A model generated the notes under the pieces. The model saw only the letters and a list, made by a program, of their open reading frames with translations. It was not told the origin of the DNA and searched no databases. The translations under genes were made by a program, and so were the position numbers. 41,992 bases of DNA from a virus: the IMG/VR virus record IMGVR_UViG_3300033753_000082; one strand, written 5' to 3'. Positions 14,169-23,296 of the stretch are shown here, in pieces (position 1 is the first letter of the stretch; every line of letters starts with the position of its first letter).

Positions 14169-14515
14169 TGAACATTGACTACCTACCGTCGCAGGGTGAC
14201 CGTTCAGGAATCATCAGGAGTTCGTGGTCGGGTACGCGAGGTACTTTCCCAAAGTCTGTGCGACAGAGAATCCTTGAGCGCTATCCGACCTGCAACTGGC
14301 CCGGCTGCGAAAAGCCTTCGGAAGTCGCTGACCACATTGTTCCTTGGGCCGAGGCGGTTCGTTTGGGTTGGGATGTTGACGAGATCAACGACATCAGCAA
14401 CGGTCAAGGCTTGTGCAACGAACATCACGAAGTAAAAACTAAAGAAGAAAGATTAAGAGGAATAAAGCGTAAGTCACGAACACGCGAGCGCGAGCGTCAT
14501 CCCGGTTTGCTGTGA
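14168..14515 (+). CDS. HNH endonuclease
   Basis: ADHIVPW...NGQGLCNEHHEVKT is an HNH motif; internal ATG of ORF 14084..14515; AT-rich 3' end. Confidence 0.85.
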   Translation: MNIDYLPSQGDRSGIIRSSWSGTRGTFPKSVRQRILERYPTCNWPGCEKPSEVADHIVPWAEAVRLGWDVDEINDISNGQGLCNEHHEVKTKEERLRGIKRKSRTRERERHPGLL

Positions 14516-14659
14516 CTTTCTGTGACTTCTGAGAGGGTGGGGGTTACCCTCCGTCACCGGGGGTAGGGGGCCAACGACCGGCATAGCCATTCACGGTGTG
14601 TACGGGCAGAGACCATTTTGTTATCAGTTTGTTATTTCCCCGGTAAACAGTGAGGAGTC

Positions 14660-16750
14660 ATGGCTTCACATGAAGTTTTGATTGACGGCGTTCGGTACGT
14701 TCCGGCTACCGGGGACCGGACGCCCGGACGAATCGGAATTGGCGTCACCACGAGGAACCGCCGCGAAGTCTTCGCGGAAACGATCGAGCACATTCGGAAG
14801 TTCGCTCCCGATGGCGCGGCGATCGTCGTAGTGGACGACGCTAGCGACGATCCGGTGCCGGACGCCACTTATCGATTCCTCGGGCAAGCTGGAATCGCTA
14901 GGGCCAAGAACAAGTGCATTGAGCTTCTGGCCGACGCTGGCTGCGAGCACTTTTTCCTCTTTGATGACGACTGTTACCCCATCGCGGACGGATGGTGGCG
15001 TCCGTACGTAGAGAGTGATGAGCCTCACCTGATGTACGCGTGGGGCGATGAATACTTCCGTACGGACAAGCTCGTTGGGTATCTGTGGCCCAAGGGTTGC
15101 ATGCTCTATGTGGAGCGACGCGTCCTTGAACGCGTCGGCGGCCTTGACCCGGTTTTCGGCGTCTGGGGCCTGGAGCACATGTCGTGGAGCGACCGTATCC
15201 ATAACGCGGGCTTAACGACGTGTCGCTATCAGGACGTTCCGGGAAGCGAGAAGCTATTCCTGTCGAAGGACCGCGAGCAGCCCGACTTCCCCTCGTCCGT
15301 ACCGCTGGAGACGCGGCTTATCGCTAACGTGCGCGCTGCTGAGCGATACCGCGACTCTGACGCGTTCGTGCCCTACCGCGATACGCCAGCGGATCGTGAC
15401 CGCGTGGCGCTGTCTATCCTTGTTCCGTCGGTAGCGTCCCGCCGCTCGTCCTTCTTGCCCAAGATCATGGACGAGCTATACGGGCAGCATGAAGCGCTGC
15501 CTCCTGAGGATCGTCGACGTGTTGAAATCCTAGTCTTGACCGATGCTGAGGGCCTGGACCTCGGGACCAAGCGGAACAAGATGGTTGCCCTGGCGGAGGG
15601 TGAGTACGTCGCGTTCGTAGACGACGATGACAGGATCGCGCCTGACTACCTCCGTTCGCTGCTTGACGCGACGGAGTACGGAACAGACGTAATCACGTTC
15701 CGGGCAGAGGTGCGAATCAACGGCGGCCGCCCGAAGCTATGCGTCTATTCGGCGGAATGGGACGCGGACGAAAACACGGAGGCGGAGTTTCGCCGGATTC
15801 CGAACCACCTAGCCGCTGTCCGCCGCGAACTCGCGCTACGGACTCCGTTCCCGAGACTCAACAAATCTGAGGACTCGTCCTACGCGAAACAGCTTAAACC
15901 GCTGCTACAGTCCGAGCACCATATACCTCGAATTCTCTACTACTACGACTTCAACACCAAGACGACAGTTGCTCAGCGACAGTCGGACATTGAGCGGGTT
16001 CAGAAGCCGGTCGTGGACGTTGTGATCCTGTCGAAGGCGTCTACGGACGAGCTTCGCGAGATGACCGAGCGCACGATTGAAACGTGCCTCTCTGGTGCTG
16101 GCGGCCACCCGCTCAACATTATTGTGCTGGAGCAGGAGCCTGGAATCAGGTACCGAAACGCCATTACGATTCACCGGCCGGGCGAGTTCGCATATAACAA
16201 ATTTGCTAACGAGGGTATTAGAACTGGTTCGGCCCCGTGGATCCTCGTAGCGAACTCTGACCTGGAGTTCGGAGACGGATGGTTGGATCCGCTGCTGAAG
16301 ACCAGGCACCCGCTGATGTCCCCGGTCAGCTCGACCGAGCCGCGCCAGGCCCGGCTCACGCGGGCGGAATCCGGCTACGAGAATGGCAAGCACTTTTCCG
16401 GATGGTGCTTCATGATTTCTCGTGAGCTGTGGGAAAAGTTCGGCGGCCTGGATGAGGACTTCATTTTCTGGTGTGCTGACGACTCGGTTATTGAGCAGGC
16501 CAAGCGTCACGGTATCCGGCCGCTCGTGGTGCCCGCCTCGAAGGTCAAGCACTTGATTTCGAAGACGGTCGGCGGCAGGGGACACACGGCTAATGACCCC
16601 ATGGATGGGGATTTGACCTGGGCGATGGTGGAGCTTTTCAACGCCAAGTTCGGCGCTAACAAGTTTCTGAACGACCAACGCTATATTCAGTGGCGAAAGG
16701 CCAACCCGGAAAAGGTTCGAGAGATCAGGGAGCGTTTCAAAGATGGCTAG
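14660..16750 (+). CDS. Multidomain glycosyltransferase: three tandem GT-A (GT2-like) domains, 696 aa
   Basis: Three Rossmann-like starts (IGIGVTTRNR.., LSILVPSVASR.., VDVVILSKAS..), each followed by an acidic DxD-type motif (FDDDCYP, FVDDDDRI, ANSDLEF). Confidence 0.8.
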   Translation: MASHEVLIDGVRYVPATGDRTPGRIGIGVTTRNRREVFAETIEHIRKFAPDGAAIVVVDDASDDPVPDATYRFLGQAGIARAKNKCIELLADAGCEHFFLFDDDCYPIADGWWRPYVESDEPHLMYAWGDEYFRTDKLVGYLWPKGCMLYVERRVLERVGGLDPVFGVWGLEHMSWSDRIHNAGLTTCRYQDVPGSEKLFLSKDREQPDFPSSVPLETRLIANVRAAERYRDSDAFVPYRDTPADRDRVALSILVPSVASRRSSFLPKIMDELYGQHEALPPEDRRRVEILVLTDAEGLDLGTKRNKMVALAEGEYVAFVDDDDRIAPDYLRSLLDATEYGTDVITFRAEVRINGGRPKLCVYSAEWDADENTEAEFRRIPNHLAAVRRELALRTPFPRLNKSEDSSYAKQLKPLLQSEHHIPRILYYYDFNTKTTVAQRQSDIERVQKPVVDVVILSKASTDELREMTERTIETCLSGAGGHPLNIIVLEQEPGIRYRNAITIHRPGEFAYNKFANEGIRTGSAPWILVANSDLEFGDGWLDPLLKTRHPLMSPVSSTEPRQARLTRAESGYENGKHFSGWCFMISRELWEKFGGLDEDFIFWCADDSVIEQAKRHGIRPLVVPASKVKHLISKTVGGRGHTANDPMDGDLTWAMVELFNAKFGANKFLNDQRYIQWRKANPEKVREIRERFKDG

Positions 16751-17501
16751 AGTGTCGGTTATCGTTCCTTGGTCTCACGGGTGTCCGCACAGAGAAGCCG
16801 CTTTCGACTACATCGTGCGGCGTTGGCGCAGGCTGTCAATGCCTCTCGAAGTAGGCCACCCTAGCGGGGACACCTGGTGCAAGGCCGAGGCGGTGACCGA
16901 CGCGCTCAGCCGCTCAGACGCTGACATTCTCGTTATCGCTGACGCGGACGTCTGGACGCCGGGCGTACGCAAGGCTATTAAGAAGGTTGAAAGCGGCGCT
17001 CCCTGGGCGATTCCTCACCGCACCGTCTACCGATTGTCGCGGCTCTCGACCAAGCGTGTCCTGAGCGGCTCAGCGCTGGACGAGAGCCTTCCGACGGACG
17101 AGGAGCCGTACGTAGGGATCGAGGGAGGCGGAATCGTCGTTCTCCCTCGATCCACGTACCTCTCAGTCCCGCTTGACCCACGATTCCGGGGGTGGGGGCA
17201 AGAGGATGAGTCCTGGGCGCTAGCGCTTCGGACTCTAGTCGGGGAGCCGTGGCGCGGAGCTGATCCGCTGTTTCACCTGTGGCACCCACCGCAGAAGCGG
17301 CTTAACCGACGATTTGGTAGCCACGAGTCACGAGATCTTTTCAACCGTTACCGGCTTGCTAGCGGCCGGCCAGACATGATGTCCGATCTGCTTACCATCC
17401 CTAGAGAGGAGGTGCGACGTGGCAAGAGGGACGCTTCACGCCCCGAAAGAGAACAGACGACGCCGCAACGCACCTACTCACGACAAAATCCTGCTCAGTA
17501 G
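16743..17501 (+). CDS. Glycosyltransferase (GT-A; galactosyltransferase C-terminal-like GWGQEDE motif)
   Basis: VSVIVPW..., ILVIADADVW (DxD), RFRGWGQEDESWALAL; start overlaps the previous stop. Confidence 0.7.
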   Translation: MARVSVIVPWSHGCPHREAAFDYIVRRWRRLSMPLEVGHPSGDTWCKAEAVTDALSRSDADILVIADADVWTPGVRKAIKKVESGAPWAIPHRTVYRLSRLSTKRVLSGSALDESLPTDEEPYVGIEGGGIVVLPRSTYLSVPLDPRFRGWGQEDESWALALRTLVGEPWRGADPLFHLWHPPQKRLNRRFGSHESRDLFNRYRLASGRPDMMSDLLTIPREEVRRGKRDASRPEREQTTPQRTYSRQNPAQ

Positions 17502-17841
17502 GGATGGTGAGGTCCGTGGACCGGAGCTTTCTGAGCTTACAAACCGCGATGACTGGCACCCGCTAGTCGTGAAATGGTACGAGACCTGGCGCCGCTCTCC
17601 GCAGGCTCAGGCGTTCGAGTCTACGGATTGGATGCGGCTCGGCATCCTGGCACCGCTCGTGGAGCGCTACGCGCTGAGGCCTTCTGCCTCTGCGCTTTCG
17701 GAGATTCGCCAGAACGAGGAACGTCTGGGCGCGACGGTCGTCGACCGCATGCGCGCTCGAATGATTGTCGAGGAATCAGAGGACGCGCAAGTTCTGTCGC
17801 TCGTGAAGAAGCCTAGTGCAGCGGAGCTATTTGAGGATTAG
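17419..17841 (+). CDS. Terminase small subunit (putative)
   Basis: Position directly upstream of the large terminase; basic N-terminus ARGTLHAPKENRRRRNAP; GTG start 6 nt after GAGAGGAGG. Confidence 0.65.
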   Translation: MARGTLHAPKENRRRRNAPTHDKILLSRDGEVRGPELSELTNRDDWHPLVVKWYETWRRSPQAQAFESTDWMRLGILAPLVERYALRPSASALSEIRQNEERLGATVVDRMRARMIVEESEDAQVLSLVKKPSAAELFED

Positions 17842-17853
17842 GGAGGGGGAGCG

Positions 17854-19503
17854 TTGACGGTTTCCCCCATTGTCACTGTCCCCGACTTCGTTGAGCACGC
17901 GCACGAGGTTAAGACTCTGGGCCTTGAACTTATCCGCTGGATCCAAACCTACCTCGTACAACCGGATGGCGACAACGCAGGTGGCCCGTTCCGCCTGACG
18001 AGGGAGCAGAAGAACTTTCTATGCTGGTTCTACGCGGTGGACGAGCGGGGTCGGTTCAAGTACCGACGCGCCGTGCTGCGTCGCTCGAAGGGTTGGGGTA
18101 AGTCTCCGTTCCTCGGAGCTATCTGCATCGCGGAACTGTGTGGCCCCGTCCGGTTTAGCCACTGGGACGATGACGGAGATCCCGTTGGCATGCCACACCC
18201 GATGCCTTGGGTGAACCTGGCCGGCGTCTCGGAGACGCAGACGCAGAACACCATGACTGTCATTCTCTCGATGCTGGAGAATGCCCCGCTCCTTGACGTC
18301 GTGGACCTGGACGTCGGCCTTACGCGGATCTACACACCGGGCGGTGGCCGGCTTGTCCCAATCACCGCGTCGTCCAGCACGCAGGAAGGCGCTCGTCCCT
18401 CGTTCGCTGTCTTGGACGAGACGCACCACTGGACCGAGAGCAACGGAGGATGGAAGCTCGCTCGGGTCATTCGACGGAACCTCGCGAAGGCTCGCGACGG
18501 CTCGGCGCGCTCGATCGAGACTACGAACGCGCACGCCCCCGGCGAGGAGAGCGTTGCGGAGGCCTCGTATCAGGATTACCTAGCGATTCAGGAGGGACGA
18601 ACGCGGGCCGCTGGATTGCTGTACGACTCCCGTGAGGCTCCGTCTGACATCGACCTCTCGGACCCCGAGCGGCTGATGGAAGGGCTAAAGGCAGCCTACG
18701 GAGACGCGCACTGGGTCGACCTAGAGCGCATCCGTGAAGAGGTTTACGACCCTTCGACTCCGCCAGAGGAATCTCGCCGATTCTACCTGAACCAAATCGT
18801 CGCGGCCGCTGACTCGTGGGTGGCTCCGCACGAGTGGGACGCGAACGAGAATCCGGATCTTCCGCCGCTTAAGTTCGCCACCCCTGGCAAATGGCGTGAC
18901 GGCGACACAGTGACGCTGGGATTCGACGGGGGTCTCACTGACGACTCGTCCGCGCTCGTGGCCATGCGCGTCTCGGACGGAGCGCCGTTCCTCCTCGGAC
19001 TCTGGGAAAAGCCGGCAGGGCCACAGGGGAACGGATGGATAGTAGACAAGTCGGAAGTTCGGGACACGGTAGACCACGCCTTTGCGACGTTAGACGTGGT
19101 TGCGTTTTTCTCTGACGTCGCCTACTGGGAAACCGACGTGGACATGTGGCGTGACGAGTACGCCGAGCGGCTACTGGTGAAGGCCACGACGCGTCATGCA
19201 ATCGCGTGGGACATGCGCGCTCATCAGGCGGAGACAGTGCGAGCTACCGAGGCGCTAAACCGGGCGATCGTTGACGGTGAGCTTCCGCACAACGGGGACC
19301 CGAGGCTACGTCGCCATGTTTTGAACGCGCGCCGTCGACCTAACCGTTGGGGAATGTCCTTCGGGAAGGAGACGAGAGAGTCAACGAAAAAGGTTGACGC
19401 GCTCGCGGCAATGCTTCTGGCTCGAATGGCGCGGACAAAGGTTTTGGCTGAGGGAGTTTTGTCCAAGAGGCGCGGCCGAGTCGGTCGCCTCGTTGGTTTC
19501 TAA
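17854..19503 (+). CDS. Terminase large subunit
   Basis: Walker A-like RSKGWGKSPF, Walker B-like FAVLDETHHW, nuclease-domain length and position; TTG start after GGGAGG. Confidence 0.9.
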   Translation: MTVSPIVTVPDFVEHAHEVKTLGLELIRWIQTYLVQPDGDNAGGPFRLTREQKNFLCWFYAVDERGRFKYRRAVLRRSKGWGKSPFLGAICIAELCGPVRFSHWDDDGDPVGMPHPMPWVNLAGVSETQTQNTMTVILSMLENAPLLDVVDLDVGLTRIYTPGGGRLVPITASSSTQEGARPSFAVLDETHHWTESNGGWKLARVIRRNLAKARDGSARSIETTNAHAPGEESVAEASYQDYLAIQEGRTRAAGLLYDSREAPSDIDLSDPERLMEGLKAAYGDAHWVDLERIREEVYDPSTPPEESRRFYLNQIVAAADSWVAPHEWDANENPDLPPLKFATPGKWRDGDTVTLGFDGGLTDDSSALVAMRVSDGAPFLLGLWEKPAGPQGNGWIVDKSEVRDTVDHAFATLDVVAFFSDVAYWETDVDMWRDEYAERLLVKATTRHAIAWDMRAHQAETVRATEALNRAIVDGELPHNGDPRLRRHVLNARRRPNRWGMSFGKETRESTKKVDALAAMLLARMARTKVLAEGVLSKRRGRVGRLVGF

Positions 19504-19517
19504 GAGGAGCATTCAAC

Positions 19518-20930
19518 ATGCCTATGTCTTCTGCCGACGCGGTGCGCCTGGCGAATGATCTAATCGATAAGCACAATTCTCGACTAATGCCGGACGCGCT
19601 TATCGGCAAGATCCAGCGCTACCTTCGCGGCGACCATGACCTTCCTTACATGCCCAAGGGGGCGAAGGTCGAGTATAAGAGGCTGGCGGAGAAGTCCATT
19701 ACGAACTGGCTCCCGCTGATCCCAGACACGTTCGCCAAGGGTCTGTTCGTTGACGGATACCGCCCCGCCAACACCAACGAAAACTCTCCCGCGTGGGAGT
19801 ACTGGCAAGCGAACGGCATGGACGCCCGGCAGGTCGTGGCGCATCGCGGAGCGTTGGAGTACGGAACGTCTTACGTGCTCGTCCTTCCGGGAAAGCCTTA
19901 CCCGGTTATCCGGCCAATTCCCGCAACCAAATGTCTCGGCTTCTACGAGGATGACGACGCGGACTGGCCAGAGTACGGGATTATTGACCGTGGACGAGCC
20001 ATGGACGGCTCGCGGCTTTACGACCTTCTGGACAAGGAAGCCGTTTACCGGATCGTGAAGCCCACGGGCAACGCTGACACGACAGTTTCCAGCGTCGAGT
20101 ACCACCGGCTAGGCGTTACCCCGCTCGTGCGATTCCGTGACCGGTTGGACGGAGATGCTGTCGGCGTGGTGGCTCCGTTGATCCGAATTCAGGACAGGAT
20201 CAATGAGATTGTCTTCACGCTGATGATCGCCTTGCAGTATGGAGCATTCCGCCAGCGGTGGGCGGCAGGACTGGTGATCCCAGTTGACGAGGAAGAGACG
20301 CTTCCCGACGGCTCACCTAACCCAAACTACGGACGGCCGGTCGAGCCGTTCAAAGCCGCTGTCGACAGGTTGTGGGTGACTGATAACCCCGACGCTAAGT
20401 TTGGCGAATTTGGCCAGACTGACGTTCGGGGGCACTTGGACTCGTACACGTCCACGGTTAAGACGCTGGCCAGCGTTTCGCAGATTTCGCCTATGGTGCT
20501 CATGGGCGATCTGGTGAACCTTTCCGCTGAGGCGCTTGCCGCTGCCACGGATACCACGCAGCGCAAAATCAACGAGTACGAGACGCTGTTTGGTGAGTCG
20601 TGGGAACAGATGTTCCGCCTCGCCTCGCTCGCCGCTGGAGACATGCGCGGCGCGTCTGACATGTCCGCTCAAGTGCGCTGGCGTGACACAGAGGCCCGCT
20701 CGCTGGCACAGACAGTGGACGCGCTTGGGAAGATGGCTCAAATGCTCATGATCCCCGTTGAGGAGCTTTGGAGCCGGATTCCGGGGGTCACTGAGCAGGA
20801 CGTCCAGCGCTGGCGGGAAGCGGCTCGTAGCGCCGACGGTCTAGCCGCTCTCGCTGAGGCCCTGACTCGTCAGTCGCAACCGACCCTAGAGCTGACTCAG
20901 GAGACGGAGCCGGGCGGAACGGGGGCCTGA
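19518..20930 (+). CDS. Portal protein (SPP1 gp6-like)
   Basis: 470 aa immediately after the terminase; typical size and order. Confidence 0.85.
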   Translation: MPMSSADAVRLANDLIDKHNSRLMPDALIGKIQRYLRGDHDLPYMPKGAKVEYKRLAEKSITNWLPLIPDTFAKGLFVDGYRPANTNENSPAWEYWQANGMDARQVVAHRGALEYGTSYVLVLPGKPYPVIRPIPATKCLGFYEDDDADWPEYGIIDRGRAMDGSRLYDLLDKEAVYRIVKPTGNADTTVSSVEYHRLGVTPLVRFRDRLDGDAVGVVAPLIRIQDRINEIVFTLMIALQYGAFRQRWAAGLVIPVDEEETLPDGSPNPNYGRPVEPFKAAVDRLWVTDNPDAKFGEFGQTDVRGHLDSYTSTVKTLASVSQISPMVLMGDLVNLSAEALAAATDTTQRKINEYETLFGESWEQMFRLASLAAGDMRGASDMSAQVRWRDTEARSLAQTVDALGKMAQMLMIPVEELWSRIPGVTEQDVQRWREAARSADGLAALAEALTRQSQPTLELTQETEPGGTGA

Positions 20931-20931
20931 C

Positions 20932-21684
20932 GTGGCTAAGACGCTTGCAGGCACCCAACTAACCGAGGCGCATAGGATCGCGCAACTGAACATCACCCGA
21001 GAAGCGCTGCGGGACACGCTAGCTGTATGGCCTCTCTTGGATCCGAGAGAGCTGGACGCTACGTTTCCACGCTACGCAGAGGTAATGACAACGCTCCTGG
21101 CTAGCCATAAGCAACGCTCGGCATTCCTGGCGGCCGAATACATTCGAGCCTTCCGCAGGGCGGAGGGTCTTACTAGTGACGTGGACGTCAAAATCCTAGA
21201 TGATCTGGCCAGGCGCCAGGCTCTTACGACGCTCCTCGTCACCGGTCCGATCACGACCAAAGTCGCAACGCGTGACGGCTTGCCGCCAGAGGAAGCTGCT
21301 CAAAAGGCGCTAGAGGCGACGCTGGGCGAAGTGACCCGGATCGTCCTGCAAGGCGGCCGAGACACGATTATAGAGACAGTTCGCGAGGATCGGGAAGCGA
21401 TCGGATGGGCGCGCATTACCGACGCTGACCCGTGCGCCTTTTGCGCCATGCTCGCTAGCCGAGGAGCTGTCTACAAGGAAGACACTGTCGGTTTCGAGGC
21501 TCACCGCAACTGTGGCTGTTCGGTGGAGCCGGTTTACGACCCTGACCACTTGCTTCCAGAGCAATCGAAGAAATGGGAACAGCTTTGGAAGGACTCGACT
21601 GAGGGTCACAAGGGGCAGGACGCGATTAACGCGTTCCGCCGCGCAGTTTACGCGCAAAGAAAGTCCGCACAATCCGCTGAGTAG
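20932..21684 (+). CDS. MuF/SPP1 gp7-like head morphogenesis (minor capsid) protein
   Basis: DADPCAFCAMLASRG...HRNCGCSVEPV resembles the conserved gp7/MuF Cys-His motif; follows the portal. Confidence 0.7.
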   Translation: MAKTLAGTQLTEAHRIAQLNITREALRDTLAVWPLLDPRELDATFPRYAEVMTTLLASHKQRSAFLAAEYIRAFRRAEGLTSDVDVKILDDLARRQALTTLLVTGPITTKVATRDGLPPEEAAQKALEATLGEVTRIVLQGGRDTIIETVREDREAIGWARITDADPCAFCAMLASRGAVYKEDTVGFEAHRNCGCSVEPVYDPDHLLPEQSKKWEQLWKDSTEGHKGQDAINAFRRAVYAQRKSAQSAE

Positions 21685-21725
21685 GACAGGTGCCTACTCA
21701 CAAACCGTCCCAGGAGGATGGACCG

Positions 21726-22301
21726 ATGGCCGATGGCCGGATGGATACACCTATGCCCGAGAACGACGTCGACAGTGCCGTGACTAGTCCGGACACTGCC
21801 GAGGCTCCGGGCGAAACCGCTTCCTCTGAGATCGTCGAGACCCCCGCTGAGGACAAGGCTCCGAAGTGGGATGGTGAGTTTGATCCTGAGCGCGCTGCGA
21901 AGCTCGTTGCGAATCTGCGTAGCGAAAAGGACGAGCTTAAGCGTGAGCTGGCTGAGCTTAAGAAGGCGCTCAGCGAGCGTGAGGAAGTTGGGAAGTCTGA
22001 GCTTGCGCAGCTTCGGGAGCGCGCCGAGAAGGCCGAAAAGGAGCTTGCGCAGCTTAAGACTCAATCGTTTATCGCCTCTGCACTCCGCGAGCACGGCTTG
22101 TCTGAGGATTTGTCCGAGTTCGTAAGCGGAGGGTCAGAGGAGGAAATTAAGGCGAAGGTTGCCAAGCTTGCGGAAAAGCTAGGACCCACGCCGGCGGTTC
22201 CGGGAAAGCCGAAGCCGAAGCTTGTCCCCGGCGAGGGCTCCGAGGCGGCTCCTGATTTCGATCCCGAGGCCATCGCCGCCAAGATCCGCAAGCGGCTCTA
22301 G
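21726..22301 (+). CDS. Scaffolding protein
   Basis: Acidic, coiled-coil (KDELKRELAELKKALSEREE...), directly upstream of the capsid gene; start at ATG 8 nt after AGGAGGA. Confidence 0.7.
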   Translation: MADGRMDTPMPENDVDSAVTSPDTAEAPGETASSEIVETPAEDKAPKWDGEFDPERAAKLVANLRSEKDELKRELAELKKALSEREEVGKSELAQLRERAEKAEKELAQLKTQSFIASALREHGLSEDLSEFVSGGSEEEIKAKVAKLAEKLGPTPAVPGKPKPKLVPGEGSEAAPDFDPEAIAAKIRKRL

Positions 22302-22333
22302 TTTATCCTCCGTGAAAGGACACTCACGCCAAA

Positions 22334-23266
22334 ATGGCTAACACCAACAGCCCATACACTCCTGAGCAGATCGCCCGAGTTGCGCTGTCGCTTGTTCGTG
22401 GTGACCTTGTTCTGTCCCGCACTGTTAACCGTGACTACGAGGCCGAGTTTACCGGTGGCGTTGGTTTCTCGGTTAACGTCCGGAAGCCTGCGACGCTGAC
22501 CGCTCGGGAGCAGGAGCTTCGTGGGAAGAACGTCTCTTACGGCTCCGGCATCACCACTGACAGGTTCTCTGAGACTGTCGTTCCGGTGTCGCTGGACAAG
22601 ATGATTTACAGCGCTATCGACGTCTCGGACGAGGACCTGACGCTCAACCTGGAGGACTTCTCTCGCCAGGTGCTGGCTCCGCAGATCACCGCCGTTGCCG
22701 AGGGTTGTGAGAACGCGGTTGTGGCCGAGATGCAGAGCCTCACTGAGGACGATTACCTTAGCAACACGTACGACGCTGAGAATCCGCACAAGACGTTTGT
22801 CGCGGCTCGCAAGGAGCTTCGTGACCTGCGCGTCCCCGCTAGCAACCTGTACGCGGCGGTCGGTACTGGAGTTTACGCTGACCTGCTCAACTCGCAGGCC
22901 CTCCGCAGCGTCGCGGAGAGCGGCAGTGACGACGCTCTTGCCGACGCGACTGTCGGCCGGCTCCACGGGTTCACCGTGATTGAGTGCAACCGGCTTGACG
23001 AAAACGAGATGATTTTCTACCATCGCGACGCTTTCACTCTGGCGGTTCGCGCTCCTCGCGTTCCTGAGGGTGTCGCGTTCGGCGCGTCGGTTTCCGGCGA
23101 CGGCTTCGCGATGCGGTACATCCGCGACTACGACTCCTCGCTTCTGGCTGACCGCTCCGTCGTTTCGACGATCATCGGCACTCAGGCCATGACTGTCGTT
23201 CGCCAGGACGACGGCTCTGAGGTTACCCCGGCTATCCGCGTTCTGGTTCCTGAGGACGGCTCCTGA
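22334..23266 (+). CDS. Major capsid protein
   Basis: 310 aa, position after the scaffold, followed by connector genes. Confidence 0.85.
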   Translation: MANTNSPYTPEQIARVALSLVRGDLVLSRTVNRDYEAEFTGGVGFSVNVRKPATLTAREQELRGKNVSYGSGITTDRFSETVVPVSLDKMIYSAIDVSDEDLTLNLEDFSRQVLAPQITAVAEGCENAVVAEMQSLTEDDYLSNTYDAENPHKTFVAARKELRDLRVPASNLYAAVGTGVYADLLNSQALRSVAESGSDDALADATVGRLHGFTVIECNRLDENEMIFYHRDAFTLAVRAPRVPEGVAFGASVSGDGFAMRYIRDYDSSLLADRSVVSTIIGTQAMTVVRQDDGSEVTPAIRVLVPEDGS

Positions 23267-23296
23267 CGATTCCCCTAGGGCAATGGAGGTGAGCTA

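Noticed and set aside
14617-14650. TTTGTTAT-CAG-TTTGTTAT direct repeat upstream of the glycosyltransferase, considered as a promoter
   Set aside because: No -35/-10 pair with a 16-18-bp spacer could be fitted. It is noted only as an AT-rich boundary of the GT insertion.
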